Source: Candidatus Saccharimonas aalborgensis | Lineage (GTDB): Bacteria; Patescibacteriota; Saccharimonadia; Saccharimonadales; Saccharimonadaceae | Direction: 5' to 3' | DNA length: 32,000 bases | Assembly: GCF_000392435.1 (NCBI RefSeq) | Contig: NC_021219.1 | Location: forward strand, 450,001-482,000 | In this document: positions 7,503 to 15,779 of the stretch, piece by piece | Position numbering within the stretch: position 1 is the first letter of the stretch | Layout: each line of letters starts with the position of its first letter | Made by a program: the position numbers and the translations under genes | Notes under the pieces: model-generated | What the model was told of the DNA's origin: nothing | Seen by the model: the letters and a program-made list of their open reading frames with translations, nothing else | The model's database searches: none

Positions 7503-8129
7503 TTAGCACATATCGCGAAATTTAGCGTATTGTCTAAACGTAAAATCTGCCTTGCAATGGCCGGTGTCTACAGATAGCACATTAAGTCCCCTTAGCGCCA
7601 ATATGTCCGCAGCTTTGCCGAGTTTGCGTTGATAGTGCGAGAGAAAGAATGGCGAATTAAATCCCCAAAACTCTTCACCCACAACACCGGAACGCTGGCG
7701 TTCACGTATGCGCTGTCCAATTATCGCATCAGCGGCAAACACATGAACAATAATGTCAGGCACCACACCGTTCTTTGTTTCATCGTTTAGCCACTGATCG
7801 ACGATCGTATGAGTAGCTGTGTAGGGTTCGCCAATACATTGACGCATAGCACCGTGAGACAATAACGTAATAAGCAGCGAATTTGTGGTGATAAGGTTAC
7901 CTTTGATAGAGGCTTGCGCTTGTTGCTCAGCGCGCTCTAGCGACAAGTAGAACGCTTCGCGATCGTTAATAAATGGCGCGTCGATGACTCTGCCCGTATT
8001 TGCTTGCTTAAAGGCAAGTGCCTCAACCGCAGTGCTTGATTCTACAGTATAATCGCCATACTTTTCGTAGATAGCCCGAACAAGCGTCGACTTGCCAGAG
8101 GCATCACAACCCATCACAAGAGTCTTCAC
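7503..8129 (-). CDS. P-loop nucleoside/nucleotide kinase-like protein (Tmk/dNK-like)
   Basis: Walker A MGCDASGKSTL resembles the thymidylate-kinase GxDGxGKST motif. There is an Arg-rich lid-like segment, QRIRERQRSG. The GTG start overlaps the HAD stop (GTGA at 8126-8129). Confidence 0.55.
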   Translation of the reverse strand: MKTLVMGCDASGKSTLVRAIYEKYGDYTVESSTAVEALAFKQANTGRVIDAPFINDREAFYLSLERAEQQAQASIKGNLITTNSLLITLLSHGAMRQCIGEPYTATHTIVDQWLNDETKNGVVPDIIVHVFAADAIIGQRIRERQRSGVVGEEFWGFNSPFFLSHYQRKLGKAADILALRGLNVLSVDTGHCKADFTFRQYAKFRDMC

Positions 8130-8740
8130 CGTCCCTCGTCCACGCCATCTAGCAAGTGATTGATTTGTGCAACTACTGCACCGGGGTTACCAGTATATAA
8201 AATTGCCCGTACGCCCGCTTTCAATGCGTTATCAATATCCATTTCCTGGTTGTCACCTATATGAACAATCTCATTTGGTTTTACGCCCCACTCCCTAGCG
8301 ATCGCGCCAAAGACATCGGCGGTTTTCCCTCCAGTCGAAAAATCGTCAACGCAGGAATATATTTTATTAAAGTACTGCTTGTTCAGCCCAAGCTCGTAAT
8401 CTATGAACCGGTTCGTCGTTGTCGAAAGTAGCACAACCGGCAGTGAAAGGCCTGCAATATATTCAATAAGCAGTTTCTCTACGCGAGGCTGCGGCACTAT
8501 ATGCGTTATGATATCGGCTGTTGAAAATCCTAGCTCGGCCCCCCAATATGCGTCATCGTAGTAGCGTAGGTCGTACTTGCCCATCGCTTTGAACATATCT
8601 CCCAGCGATCGTTTTGCTACCGCAACATCAACATTGTGCCTTTTCGCATATAGTTTTGGTAGCTCTTCCAACCAAAATGTATCCGAAAACGTTGCGTCAG
8701 ATACCACGCCCTGCAAGTCAAAGCTAATCAACCGTATCAT
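8126..8740 (-). CDS. HAD-superfamily hydrolase with atypical motif I (DxQ instead of DxD)
   Basis: Motif I is LISFDLQGVV. The other motifs are LLSTTTN and HIGDNQEMDIDNALKAG. Confidence 0.7.
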   Translation of the reverse strand: MIRLISFDLQGVVSDATFSDTFWLEELPKLYAKRHNVDVAVAKRSLGDMFKAMGKYDLRYYDDAYWGAELGFSTADIITHIVPQPRVEKLLIEYIAGLSLPVVLLSTTTNRFIDYELGLNKQYFNKIYSCVDDFSTGGKTADVFGAIAREWGVKPNEIVHIGDNQEMDIDNALKAGVRAILYTGNPGAVVAQINHLLDGVDEGR

Positions 8741-9260
8741 ACTTTTTTCTTATCCTTACCAGTGACAGTATGTCGTAGCCTGCAAGCTCTTCGCGACCGC
8801 CAAGATATTCGAGCTCAGTGACATATGCGAGGCCAGCCACAACACCACCACTCTTTTCGATAAGTGAAATAGCCGCCTTACTCGCTCCGCTACCCGCCAT
8901 AATGTCATATACCACCACTATCCGCTCCTTTGGCAACACTGCATCGGCCTTAATCACATATTCGCCCGTACCATATTCCTTGACAAATTCTTGGCTGTAA
9001 ACCTCGCCAGGTACCAGATTGGGCTTTCGAATAAGGACCATCGGGACCTGTAGCTCGTGGGCTAATATGGCACCCAAAGTGAAACCCTTTGATTCAATAG
9101 CGGCGATTGCATCAATTTTCTTATCACGCAAAAACTCTTTTATTTCTTGGATGGCAGTATTCCTGGCATGAACGTCTTTCAGCAAATAGCTAAAATCCCA
9201 GAATAGCACCCCTTCCTTTGGAAAATCTGGGTAACATCTCACCAAGGACCTGTAGTTCAT
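8724..9260 (-). CDS. apt: Adenine phosphoribosyltransferase-like protein with a divergent PRPP loop
   Basis: YPDFPKEGVLFWDFSYLL, IESKGFTLGA, VLIRKPNLVPGEVYSQEFVKEYGTGEYVI are collinear with Apt. The PRPP loop reads VVVYDIMAGSGAS rather than the usual VVDDLLATGGT. Confidence 0.65.
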   Translation of the reverse strand: MNYRSLVRCYPDFPKEGVLFWDFSYLLKDVHARNTAIQEIKEFLRDKKIDAIAAIESKGFTLGAILAHELQVPMVLIRKPNLVPGEVYSQEFVKEYGTGEYVIKADAVLPKERIVVVYDIMAGSGASKAAISLIEKSGGVVAGLAYVTELEYLGGREELAGYDILSLVRIRKKYDTVD

Positions 9261-9880
9261 AACGTTGCTCCCTCCAGCAAAATAGCGCGTGCTGGTGCAC
9301 CATCAATGCCCGTCACCTTAATCGGCAAACACACTAACGTATAGTGGCCAGCCGGAGCGTCAGCCAGCCGCAGGTTATCGAGCGAAATGATGTCCCGTTC
9401 CATATATATTCGATGAATCACATTTGCACCATCGCGTTCGAAGCTCTGATAATCAAACCCTATTAGTGTGATACCTAGATCACGTAAATAACATGCTGCC
9501 GCCTCACTCAAAGCAACATGGTTTGGATTGTACGACTTCATAGTGTCGTAAGAATTCTTTGTTTTAAGTAGAATGCGCTTACTGGTAATGTCATGTTTCT
9601 TAAGATCTGATATTTCAATGTAATCGCTCACGCCTGTGACATCAACTACCTGGCATTCGCCCATTAAGATGTCGAGGGGTATTTCATCAGACTTCCACTT
9701 ATCAGTGAACAAGTAATACGGTGCATCAACATGAGTGCCGGCATGCGAACCAAAGTCAAGCCACGTGAAGTTAACGGGAGCCTCTGGTTGTCGAGCAACT
9801 GGTATGAGCTTTGGCTGCTGATCCTCGACCCACACTACGGTTTGCTCATTTAAATCCATTGAGATATCAATTAACTTCAT
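9257..9880 (-). CDS. Cyclase-family protein (kynurenine formamidase / isatin hydrolase fold, PF04199-like)
   Basis: FGSHAGTHVDAPYY matches HxGTHxDxPxH, with Tyr in place of the last His. I prefer ATG 9880 (SD AAGGAGAAGG; ATGA overlap with the upstream stop) to the track start 9922. Confidence 0.7.
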   Translation of the reverse strand: MKLIDISMDLNEQTVVWVEDQQPKLIPVARQPEAPVNFTWLDFGSHAGTHVDAPYYLFTDKWKSDEIPLDILMGECQVVDVTGVSDYIEISDLKKHDITSKRILLKTKNSYDTMKSYNPNHVALSEAAACYLRDLGITLIGFDYQSFERDGANVIHRIYMERDIISLDNLRLADAPAGHYTLVCLPIKVTGIDGAPARAILLEGATL

Positions 9881-11136
9881 ACCTTCTCCTTTTCTAATAG
9901 TGTCGCTATCCGCTCTTCCCAAGACGCTCGATTCGACTCGAGACGTTCTATAATATCGGCAACAATACCACTGCGATACTGTTTGTAGAGCGGTAATAGT
10001 TGTCTAGTAAGCGGGATTATTTTACTATCAATCAGTGCAAATCCATTCCAATAGTCTAAGTGATTTGCTACTGGCATGGGAGACCAAGCGGGTGCATGTA
10101 GCTCGAACATTTGATCAAGCAGGTCCCACGTCTCTGTTTGCCCACCACTGGCATACTCTAACTTCTTCATAAGATACCGCGCAATATCATGATTGCTCAC
10201 ATAGTCGCGTACCTGTACTTCATGTAATGCGGATTGCAACATTGTTAAAGCGTTTGACTGCTGAATCGCTACGGACAGCCTTTCATAAAATGGCGCGGTG
10301 CTCTGGCGGTGCATCCTCACATCGCGTATACGTACCCTTCTAAAGTTATGTTTTGTCACGAAGTAGTAGTAGCCGATTATATCTATGCGGTTTTCATAGG
10401 GATACGCGCCCGCTGCGTAGCACTCTAGCTCAGTTCGTTTATCGTAGAGCGCAAAAGCAATCTTCTCATACTTATCAGAGTTATCTACAAATATACAATA
10501 GGCCGAAACGCTATACTGCGGCGTCGCGGTAAACAGCCTGGTCATCGTATTAAACGTTCGCAGTACTGTTCCGGAGTTAATATATTCGTCAAACAGTAAA
10601 AACGGTTCACAGAATACTGATGCAAGCTGAGTACCTGAAACAATTGTGCGCAGAGCCTGCACGGCAACATCATTATAGATTGCATGGTCAGCAATGCTGT
10701 CATATACCGACGGATTTTCTGGCGAACTTAGAACGACATTTTGCAATATTGGTTTTGCGCATTCTGCTTTTAACGCTTCGCGCCGTGTCATGTTACCGCT
10801 TTTATATATAACAGTTTCGTCGAGTTCTTCTGGTGACAGATACGCGTAAAACCACTCCAGCAGGCTAAACTCAGTATCGCGCGGAATCTTAATCTGGTGA
10901 ATTGTAACACCACTCTTTTCAAACTCCTGCAAACGACGCAGTATGTAAATGAGTGGTGCGGTGCCACTTTCAATGACGATTACTCTTTTGTGGCCACTTT
11001 CAATGATTTTTTTGAGCACCCGCCTTGCGAGCACTATGGCTTCACTATCATTCATGTAGTGGAACCGGCGTCTGAACGCAGGGTGCGTGAAACCGCGCAG
11101 AGTATCAATTGGCTGGTCATAAGGATTACTGCTCAT
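9877..11136 (-). CDS. Type-I phosphoribosyltransferase-like protein with an unrecognised helical C-terminal half
   Basis: The PRPP-binding loop FLLFDEYINSGTVL is canonical (4 hydrophobic, 2 acidic, 2 hydrophobic, xSGT). The rest of the 419 aa shows no motif I recognise. Confidence 0.45.
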   Translation of the reverse strand: MSSNPYDQPIDTLRGFTHPAFRRRFHYMNDSEAIVLARRVLKKIIESGHKRVIVIESGTAPLIYILRRLQEFEKSGVTIHQIKIPRDTEFSLLEWFYAYLSPEELDETVIYKSGNMTRREALKAECAKPILQNVVLSSPENPSVYDSIADHAIYNDVAVQALRTIVSGTQLASVFCEPFLLFDEYINSGTVLRTFNTMTRLFTATPQYSVSAYCIFVDNSDKYEKIAFALYDKRTELECYAAGAYPYENRIDIIGYYYFVTKHNFRRVRIRDVRMHRQSTAPFYERLSVAIQQSNALTMLQSALHEVQVRDYVSNHDIARYLMKKLEYASGGQTETWDLLDQMFELHAPAWSPMPVANHLDYWNGFALIDSKIIPLTRQLLPLYKQYRSGIVADIIERLESNRASWEERIATLLEKEKV

Positions 11137-11794
11137 CAAACGCCTTTGATATTCTTATAAACTCTGCGATTTTAGACAGATCTTTACGGTCTTTTCTTAA
11201 ATATGAATCACTGTAGCAGCTCACTCCTGTTGAAACATCGGTTCCATACGGCTTTGTCAGTACCATTGCAGCCTCGACATTGTCTGGGCGCAGACCGCCG
11301 GCAATAAACACAGGCTTACTTGTGCGTTTTATAAGCTCCGCACACGCCCGCCAGTCGTTCTCACCGCCAGTACCTCCTGTATACCCCGCCACGCGCGAGT
11401 CAAGTAGGAAGAAATCGCAATAGGGCTCGTAGATTGTGAGTTTGCGCGTCGCTTCTGGGTCACTTGTAACAATTGTCTTTATGATCTTACGTTCTGTGCC
11501 CTTACGTACCGCTGCCATTTCATTCTCATCAATATCTTCCGACACTTGAATGCCACTCGACTGTATGTAGTTGGCCAAGCTTAAAATATCATCTGCTTCC
11601 GTAAGGTGTGTCACCAAAAAACTATCGACACCCTCCGGGAACTTTTTGATGATTTGGCGGACATGTTGGGCATAGGGCTCTACTTCAACGGGCAATACCC
11701 TCCCGCCCATGACAAAACCAATCGCGTCTGCGCCAAGCCCAACTGCACTCAAGGCGTCGACTTCGTTGCTGATGCCACAAATCTTTACTTGCAT
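11126..11794 (-). CDS. trpF: Phosphoribosylanthranilate isomerase (TrpF)-like TIM-barrel Amadori isomerase
   Basis: MQVKICGIS...GADAIGFVMG...FLLDSRVAGYTGGTGGENDW...PVFIAGGLRPDNV...PYGTDVSTGVS is collinear with TrpF. No other trp genes are in the window. Confidence 0.75.
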   Translation of the reverse strand: MQVKICGISNEVDALSAVGLGADAIGFVMGGRVLPVEVEPYAQHVRQIIKKFPEGVDSFLVTHLTEADDILSLANYIQSSGIQVSEDIDENEMAAVRKGTERKIIKTIVTSDPEATRKLTIYEPYCDFFLLDSRVAGYTGGTGGENDWRACAELIKRTSKPVFIAGGLRPDNVEAAMVLTKPYGTDVSTGVSCYSDSYLRKDRKDLSKIAEFIRISKAFDEQ

Positions 11795-12903
11795 GTCTCA
11801 TTTTCCTTCCCTGAAATTACTCGCGCTATTTCTTCTCGCACACGCCTGTAGTCTTCCGCAAATGTCATAAGCTCACCATTGATGTCTAGGTGATGAAACT
11901 CCATGCCACGCTCATGCGCCTCAACCGCACCAGCAACGTTTACCGCTCCGATGCTTTTAACCCTAGTAACGTCATATCCGAATCGTTCCATTTGCGCAAT
12001 CTTAAGCGGGTTGTTAGTGAGCATGATGACACTTTTATTAACTGCTAAGTAGTCAAGAATAACTGGTGTAATTTTATAGCCTACACCATCGTTTTCGCCC
12101 CGCGGGTCACCGTTAATGCCGATCGTCGTAAACCCTCCGTACATACTTGTACGATAGGTTTGTTCAGACGTATATTCACCTCGGTGACGCATAGAGGCGC
12201 GCTCCGCAAGGTCAATCACAAACTCACCTTCCGTATACCCGCTTCCCATACCGTTCTGAGAATCAACATGTAGCATTACAAACCCAACCCGACCCGGCTG
12301 TTGGCAAGTGTGCTTACCGTCACGAACCACAAACTGATCCTGCACCCAACGCTCAAACTCATCACCCGCTACTGTATCTGGTGGTGTAACCGTGTTAAAC
12401 GAGGCCGCTAATTCACGAACATTCTGCCATTGATGATGACAGTTGCACCGCTGTGAGCCGAACAGGAAAGAAGGAGTACATGCCGATTCAGCGCGGAGTA
12501 CAAATTGATCGTCGTACACGTTACCAACAATCCCAGCGTTTGCATATTCCATACCGACGCCAGGCATATACACACACGATCCTACATGGCGAGTGATATT
12601 CGGGATTTCTTTCGATGTCAACGAAAATAGTGTCGCGCCCTTATTGGCAATGATCAACGCCTTTGTCGGAATATGTAATGCGACATCATATATATTCATC
12701 AAGTCACCCTCAGCAAGCTGTTGATTTAGTGCGGTGACAAACGTGCCAATAACCGACTCAAATAGCTGGCGGTCTGTAATTCGGTATACCGTATCACCGC
12801 CTTCAGTAGGAGCCGTATCCAACACCCGTGCATACACAGCATCGTACCGCTGTATGCGCTCTATCGCTTTTTGCAAGCCATTGGTTAGTGGGGTCGCTGT
12901 CAT
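11785..12903 (-). CDS. GTP cyclohydrolase II (RibA)-like protein with a ~120-aa N-terminal extension
   Basis: The zinc triad has RibA spacing, C-x10-C-x-C ([15 protein letters not shown]). The C-terminal block is [21 protein letters not shown] (RibA: LLTNNPxK...G). [16 protein letters not shown] corresponds to the RibA GILLYhrqEGRgiG region. Confidence 0.65.
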   Translation of the reverse strand: MTATPLTNGLQKAIERIQRYDAVYARVLDTAPTEGGDTVYRITDRQLFESVIGTFVTALNQQLAEGDLMNIYDVALHIPTKALIIANKGATLFSLTSKEIPNITRHVGSCVYMPGVGMEYANAGIVGNVYDDQFVLRAESACTPSFLFGSQRCNCHHQWQNVRELAASFNTVTPPDTVAGDEFERWVQDQFVVRDGKHTCQQPGRVGFVMLHVDSQNGMGSGYTEGEFVIDLAERASMRHRGEYTSEQTYRTSMYGGFTTIGINGDPRGENDGVGYKITPVILDYLAVNKSVIMLTNNPLKIAQMERFGYDVTRVKSIGAVNVAGAVEAHERGMEFHHLDINGELMTFAEDYRRVREEIARVISGKENETCK

Positions 12904-13709
12904 GATAGTTTCTCCTCTCTTCTGTGATATGTATATAGTTCCGATGGTCTATGTCCGCCCGTACGCACCGTGTTACCTGTTTTTTGAACTTTCTTGGCAA
13001 TCGTCCGGCGAAATGCGGGTGTCCAGACTTCACGACCCAGGATTGCTTCATAGACCTGCTGAAGCTCTCCAAGCGTAAACTGCTGCGGCATCATGTTAAA
13101 TACAATGTCAGAAGACACGGTTTTTTGGCGCAACAATTGCAGCCCAAACAAAATCATCTGGCAATGGTCAAAGGCAACGCCATTATTTTGAACAATCTCA
13201 TAACCATACAGCGACGATGTAGGATGTAGCTTCAGTTGCTTGGCTGAAAATGCCACGGTCATCGTACCATCTGTTAAGCTAACATGGATACTATTCTTGC
13301 GTTGCTTCACAGCAAGCTTCATCCACAATGCACCGTCACTCAGTGACTCGTTGCCCATCGTTTTGTCAACAAGCGACATAAACACCGTGCTAATTACTCT
13401 ACCTCGCGGGTCGCGGTCAACGCTGCTAAATGTATGTATCTGTTCGCTATAAATATTGTGAAGACCCGTTTCTCGCTCCAACACCCTGTCTGTCGCGTCA
13501 CGCAGTGTTTCGTTATTGCGCACAAAACCACCCGGCAGACTCCAGCTACCTGCAAATGGGGCCTTGTCCCTTTTGACCAACAGGATACTGATGTCCTTTG
13601 TCGGTGATCGACGTAGTTCTGTAGACGGCGTCGTGGCAACTGAAAACAACAGCGTGTCAACGGCAACCAATATTGTTTGTTCTTTGACTGACTTACTTAT
13701 CATTATCAT
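12900..13709 (-). CDS. NrtR-like Nudix-related transcriptional regulator (degenerate Nudix domain + C-terminal winged helix)
   Basis: The Nudix box [23 protein letters not shown] has REUxEE degraded to [15 protein letters not shown] is present. The C-terminus ([18 protein letters not shown]...[18 protein letters not shown]...FRRTI...GGHRPSELY) matches the NrtR wHTH pattern. Confidence 0.65.
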   Translation of the reverse strand: MIMISKSVKEQTILVAVDTLLFSVATTPSTELRRSPTKDISILLVKRDKAPFAGSWSLPGGFVRNNETLRDATDRVLERETGLHNIYSEQIHTFSSVDRDPRGRVISTVFMSLVDKTMGNESLSDGALWMKLAVKQRKNSIHVSLTDGTMTVAFSAKQLKLHPTSSLYGYEIVQNNGVAFDHCQMILFGLQLLRQKTVSSDIVFNMMPQQFTLGELQQVYEAILGREVWTPAFRRTIAKKVQKTGNTVRTGGHRPSELYTYHRREEKLS

Positions 13710-13722
13710 CTTTCTCCACTTA

Positions 13723-13756
13723 TTAACATTCTATTACTAAGTGCACGGAATGTCAA
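13723..13756. promoter_or_regulatory. Imperfect inverted repeat (TTGACATTC-N16-GAATGTTAA, 8/9) spanning the -35 and -10 boxes; candidate operator
   Basis: The arms lie at 13723-13731 and 13748-13756, enclosing the promoter. Confidence 0.35.
13728..13756 (-). promoter_or_regulatory. Sigma70-type promoter TTGACA-N17-TAGAAT of the eight-gene operon
   Basis: The minus strand reads TTGACAttccgtgcacttagtaaTAGAAT. About 18 nt further downstream lies the SD GGAGAA, then ATG 13709. Confidence 0.55.
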
Positions 13757-13850
13757 TATTTATTTTTCGCAGTACTTTCAGCCCCACTATTGTGCTATTG
13801 CTAATCGTTCATCGTATGGTCGACATAGCCAACGAGCAATGTGATAATCC

Positions 13851-14369
13851 TCAATCTGTAAAAGATTTAACTTCTTGTAACATCACGTTGACAATATGTT
13901 CAATGCTCATGTCTTTGCTGAGCACCTTTTCGCCCGGCACACCCAAATAATCTTTTTCGTTCCACCACTCGCGCATTTCTTTTTCTCCAAATTCGTGGGC
14001 ATTTGGTTTAGTGGCGTGCCTACATAGCGTCTCCTCAAATGGTATATCAAAGTAATAGACGTACACTTCGTCAAACCTATTTGCTAGGCGGCGAAGCATT
14101 GGACCATACTTTTTTGTAGCAAGTATGCCTTCGAGTATCACAGTACGCCGTTGCTGACGGCCAAACTCCACCACCAGTTCTATTAACTCAATCACCGAGC
14201 GTTTCTCTAGCATATCGCGCTCTCGCAGCATGTCACGTCGCAGCACATCTTGCTGGACGAGCAGGGTATTGTCACTTAGACTGTCACCAATTCTGCTACG
14301 CAGTTCTTTGGCAACGGTCGTTTTCCCGCTACCCGAATTTCCGCGAATGATGATGAGTGTTGAGGACAT
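13851..14369 (-). CDS. P-loop kinase-like protein (AAA_33 / zeta-like family)
   Basis: Walker A IIIRGNSGSGKTTVAKEL, then VILEG (Walker B-like). Small 172-aa single-domain protein. Confidence 0.6.
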   Translation of the reverse strand: MSSTLIIIRGNSGSGKTTVAKELRSRIGDSLSDNTLLVQQDVLRRDMLRERDMLEKRSVIELIELVVEFGRQQRRTVILEGILATKKYGPMLRRLANRFDEVYVYYFDIPFEETLCRHATKPNAHEFGEKEMREWWNEKDYLGVPGEKVLSKDMSIEHIVNVMLQEVKSFTD

Positions 14370-14396
14370 ATCGATATTCTCTAAAATGATATGCCT

Positions 14397-14831
14397 TTAG
14401 CCATCAATCTTATGTATATCGCCGTTCAGTACGATCGGTTCGAGTCCCAAAATCTCATCAAGCAGCGGAGACTCATCCGGTATGCCATTGAGAATATAAA
14501 TGGGTTTATGTAGGAAAAAGGCAACCGACATTTCCATCAGCACATTTGGGCCTATGTAGTTACTACTGCCATGCTTTTCGTAATTCATGACGAGAATTGC
14601 ATCACTTTTTGCTATTTCTTCGAAGTGCTCGCGTATCAGCACTGCCTTACCATGGTAACCTTGGGGTGACGCCTGCCAATCAGTGGTCGCTTCGTCGTTT
14701 TCTCTGCCCTCTGCTCGCATTGTTGCGGCTGTTTTTGGTAGTACGACCGTAAACCCCATCGCCTCCAGCTTGGGGCAAAACGCAATTACTTCGTTATAGA
14801 AACTCGCACTCGCACATAAAGCCAAGATCAT
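14397..14831 (-). CDS. Nucleoside 2-deoxyribosyltransferase-like (flavodoxin-like fold) protein
   Basis: MILALCASASFYNE...SDAILVMNYEKHGSSNYIGPNVLMEMSVAFFLHKPIYIL resembles the Nuc_deoxyrib_tr-like family pattern. I prefer ATG 14831 to the TTG at 14900 because of the extended -10 placed 6 nt upstream. Confidence 0.4.
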   Translation of the reverse strand: MILALCASASFYNEVIAFCPKLEAMGFTVVLPKTAATMRAEGRENDEATTDWQASPQGYHGKAVLIREHFEEIAKSDAILVMNYEKHGSSNYIGPNVLMEMSVAFFLHKPIYILNGIPDESPLLDEILGLEPIVLNGDIHKIDG

Positions 14832-14837
14832 AAATCT

Positions 14838-14846
14838 ATCATACCA
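14838..14846 (-). promoter_or_regulatory. Extended -10 TGGTATGAT exactly 6 nt upstream of ATG 14831
   Basis: The minus strand reads TGGTATGAT-agattt-ATG. Confidence 0.4.
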
Positions 14847-15029
14847 AGAATTGGGAAAAGTCCCACCAGCATATAGACGATAACTGTTTATCAAATCCAA
14901 AATGGGATATAGAATATAGGGTTAATCCCTATTAGGTGTTATTAATTGCTTCTTTGCTTGGCCCACAACGATAGAGAAAGCTATAACTGAGGTAAAAGAA
15001 GATTGCAGCTCAGTCAGCAAGCAGGTTAA

Positions 15030-15038
15030 TGCTAAAAT
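15030..15038 (+). promoter_or_regulatory. Extended -10 TGCTAAAAT exactly 6 nt upstream of ATG 15045
   Basis: The sequence reads TGCTAAAAT-acttgt-ATG. Confidence 0.45.
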
Positions 15039-15044
15039 ACTTGT

Positions 15045-15779
15045 ATGAAGATAATGTCACTCAATATGTGGCAGGGACGTCTAGAGCGTGTTCTGCTAAA
15101 ACATCTAGAAAATTCGGGCGTAGACTTTGCCTGTATGCAGGAAGCAGTTGACTACGATGGACAGTCGTTAGGACTAATCACTTCCTACCAAAAAGTAGGA
15201 AAGAGCCTGGGCTTACATGAGCAATTTTTCTCGAAACTAATTTCAAGCAAATTAGGCGATAAAGAACTGGCATTTGGAAACGCAATTTATTCCAATATCC
15301 CTTTTATGCAGACGAGCACGGTATTTACTAGGGGTGAGTATAAAAACGATTTTAATTTTGACGAGGACGATTACAACATTCGCGCCTTCCAACATGTTCA
15401 GGTAGTAATAGGCGGCAAAAAGCTGAATATCTTAAATCACCATGGGCACCATATTGACTCACATAAGCTGGGCGACGAAGAAACGATGCGTCAGGTTAAG
15501 CAGTTATGCGATTACATAAAAGGCCTTGACGGTTCGGTGATACTCTGTGGCGACTTCAACCTTGCGCCCGAAAGCGAATCAATAAAACTTATTGATTCGT
15601 GTCTAGATAATCTTTCAGTGAAGCATTCGCTCAAAACTACTCGCTCAAAACTAACATACAAAAATGAGGTGTGCGACTATATTTTTGCTAGTAGTGATAT
15701 CAAAGTAAACAGCTTTATGATGGATGAAACGATCATTTCTGATCACAATGCGTTAATACTTGACTTTGATTTGGTGTAA
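15045..15779 (+). CDS. Endonuclease/exonuclease/phosphatase (EEP) family protein
   Basis: MSLNMW...FACMQEA...ILNHH...LCGDFNLAPES...ISDHNALILDF are the EEP catalytic motifs. Confidence 0.8.
   Translation: MKIMSLNMWQGRLERVLLKHLENSGVDFACMQEAVDYDGQSLGLITSYQKVGKSLGLHEQFFSKLISSKLGDKELAFGNAIYSNIPFMQTSTVFTRGEYKNDFNFDEDDYNIRAFQHVQVVIGGKKLNILNHHGHHIDSHKLGDEETMRQVKQLCDYIKGLDGSVILCGDFNLAPESESIKLIDSCLDNLSVKHSLKTTRSKLTYKNEVCDYIFASSDIKVNSFMMDETIISDHNALILDFDLV

Noticed and set aside
11126-12903. Reading the RibA-like and TrpF-like genes as parts of riboflavin and tryptophan operons
   Set aside because: No RibB, RibD, RibE, RibH or TrpA-E genes are nearby. Both genes are embedded in one overlapping operon with PRTases and a Nudix regulator.
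12734-13229. ORFs 12734..13078 (+), 12803..13072 (-) and 12951..13229 (+) around the regulator/RibA-like junction
   Set aside because: They overlap strongly supported genes in other frames, have no motifs, and are typical shadow ORFs of a mid-GC region.
14832-14900. TTG start at 14900 for the deoxyribosyltransferase-like ORF
   Set aside because: The extension (MDLINSYRLYAGGTFPNSWYDRF) covers the TGGTATGAT-N6-ATG promoter/start arrangement. ATG 14831 gives the family-typical N-terminus.
14981-15030. Possible direct repeat between the left edge (actgag...cagcaagcagg) and the right junction (29670-29695, actgag...cagcaacggcg) as att sites
   Set aside because: The similarity is short, gapped and of the kind expected by chance. 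Serine-recombinase att sites need not share long repeats. Not reportable as att sites.
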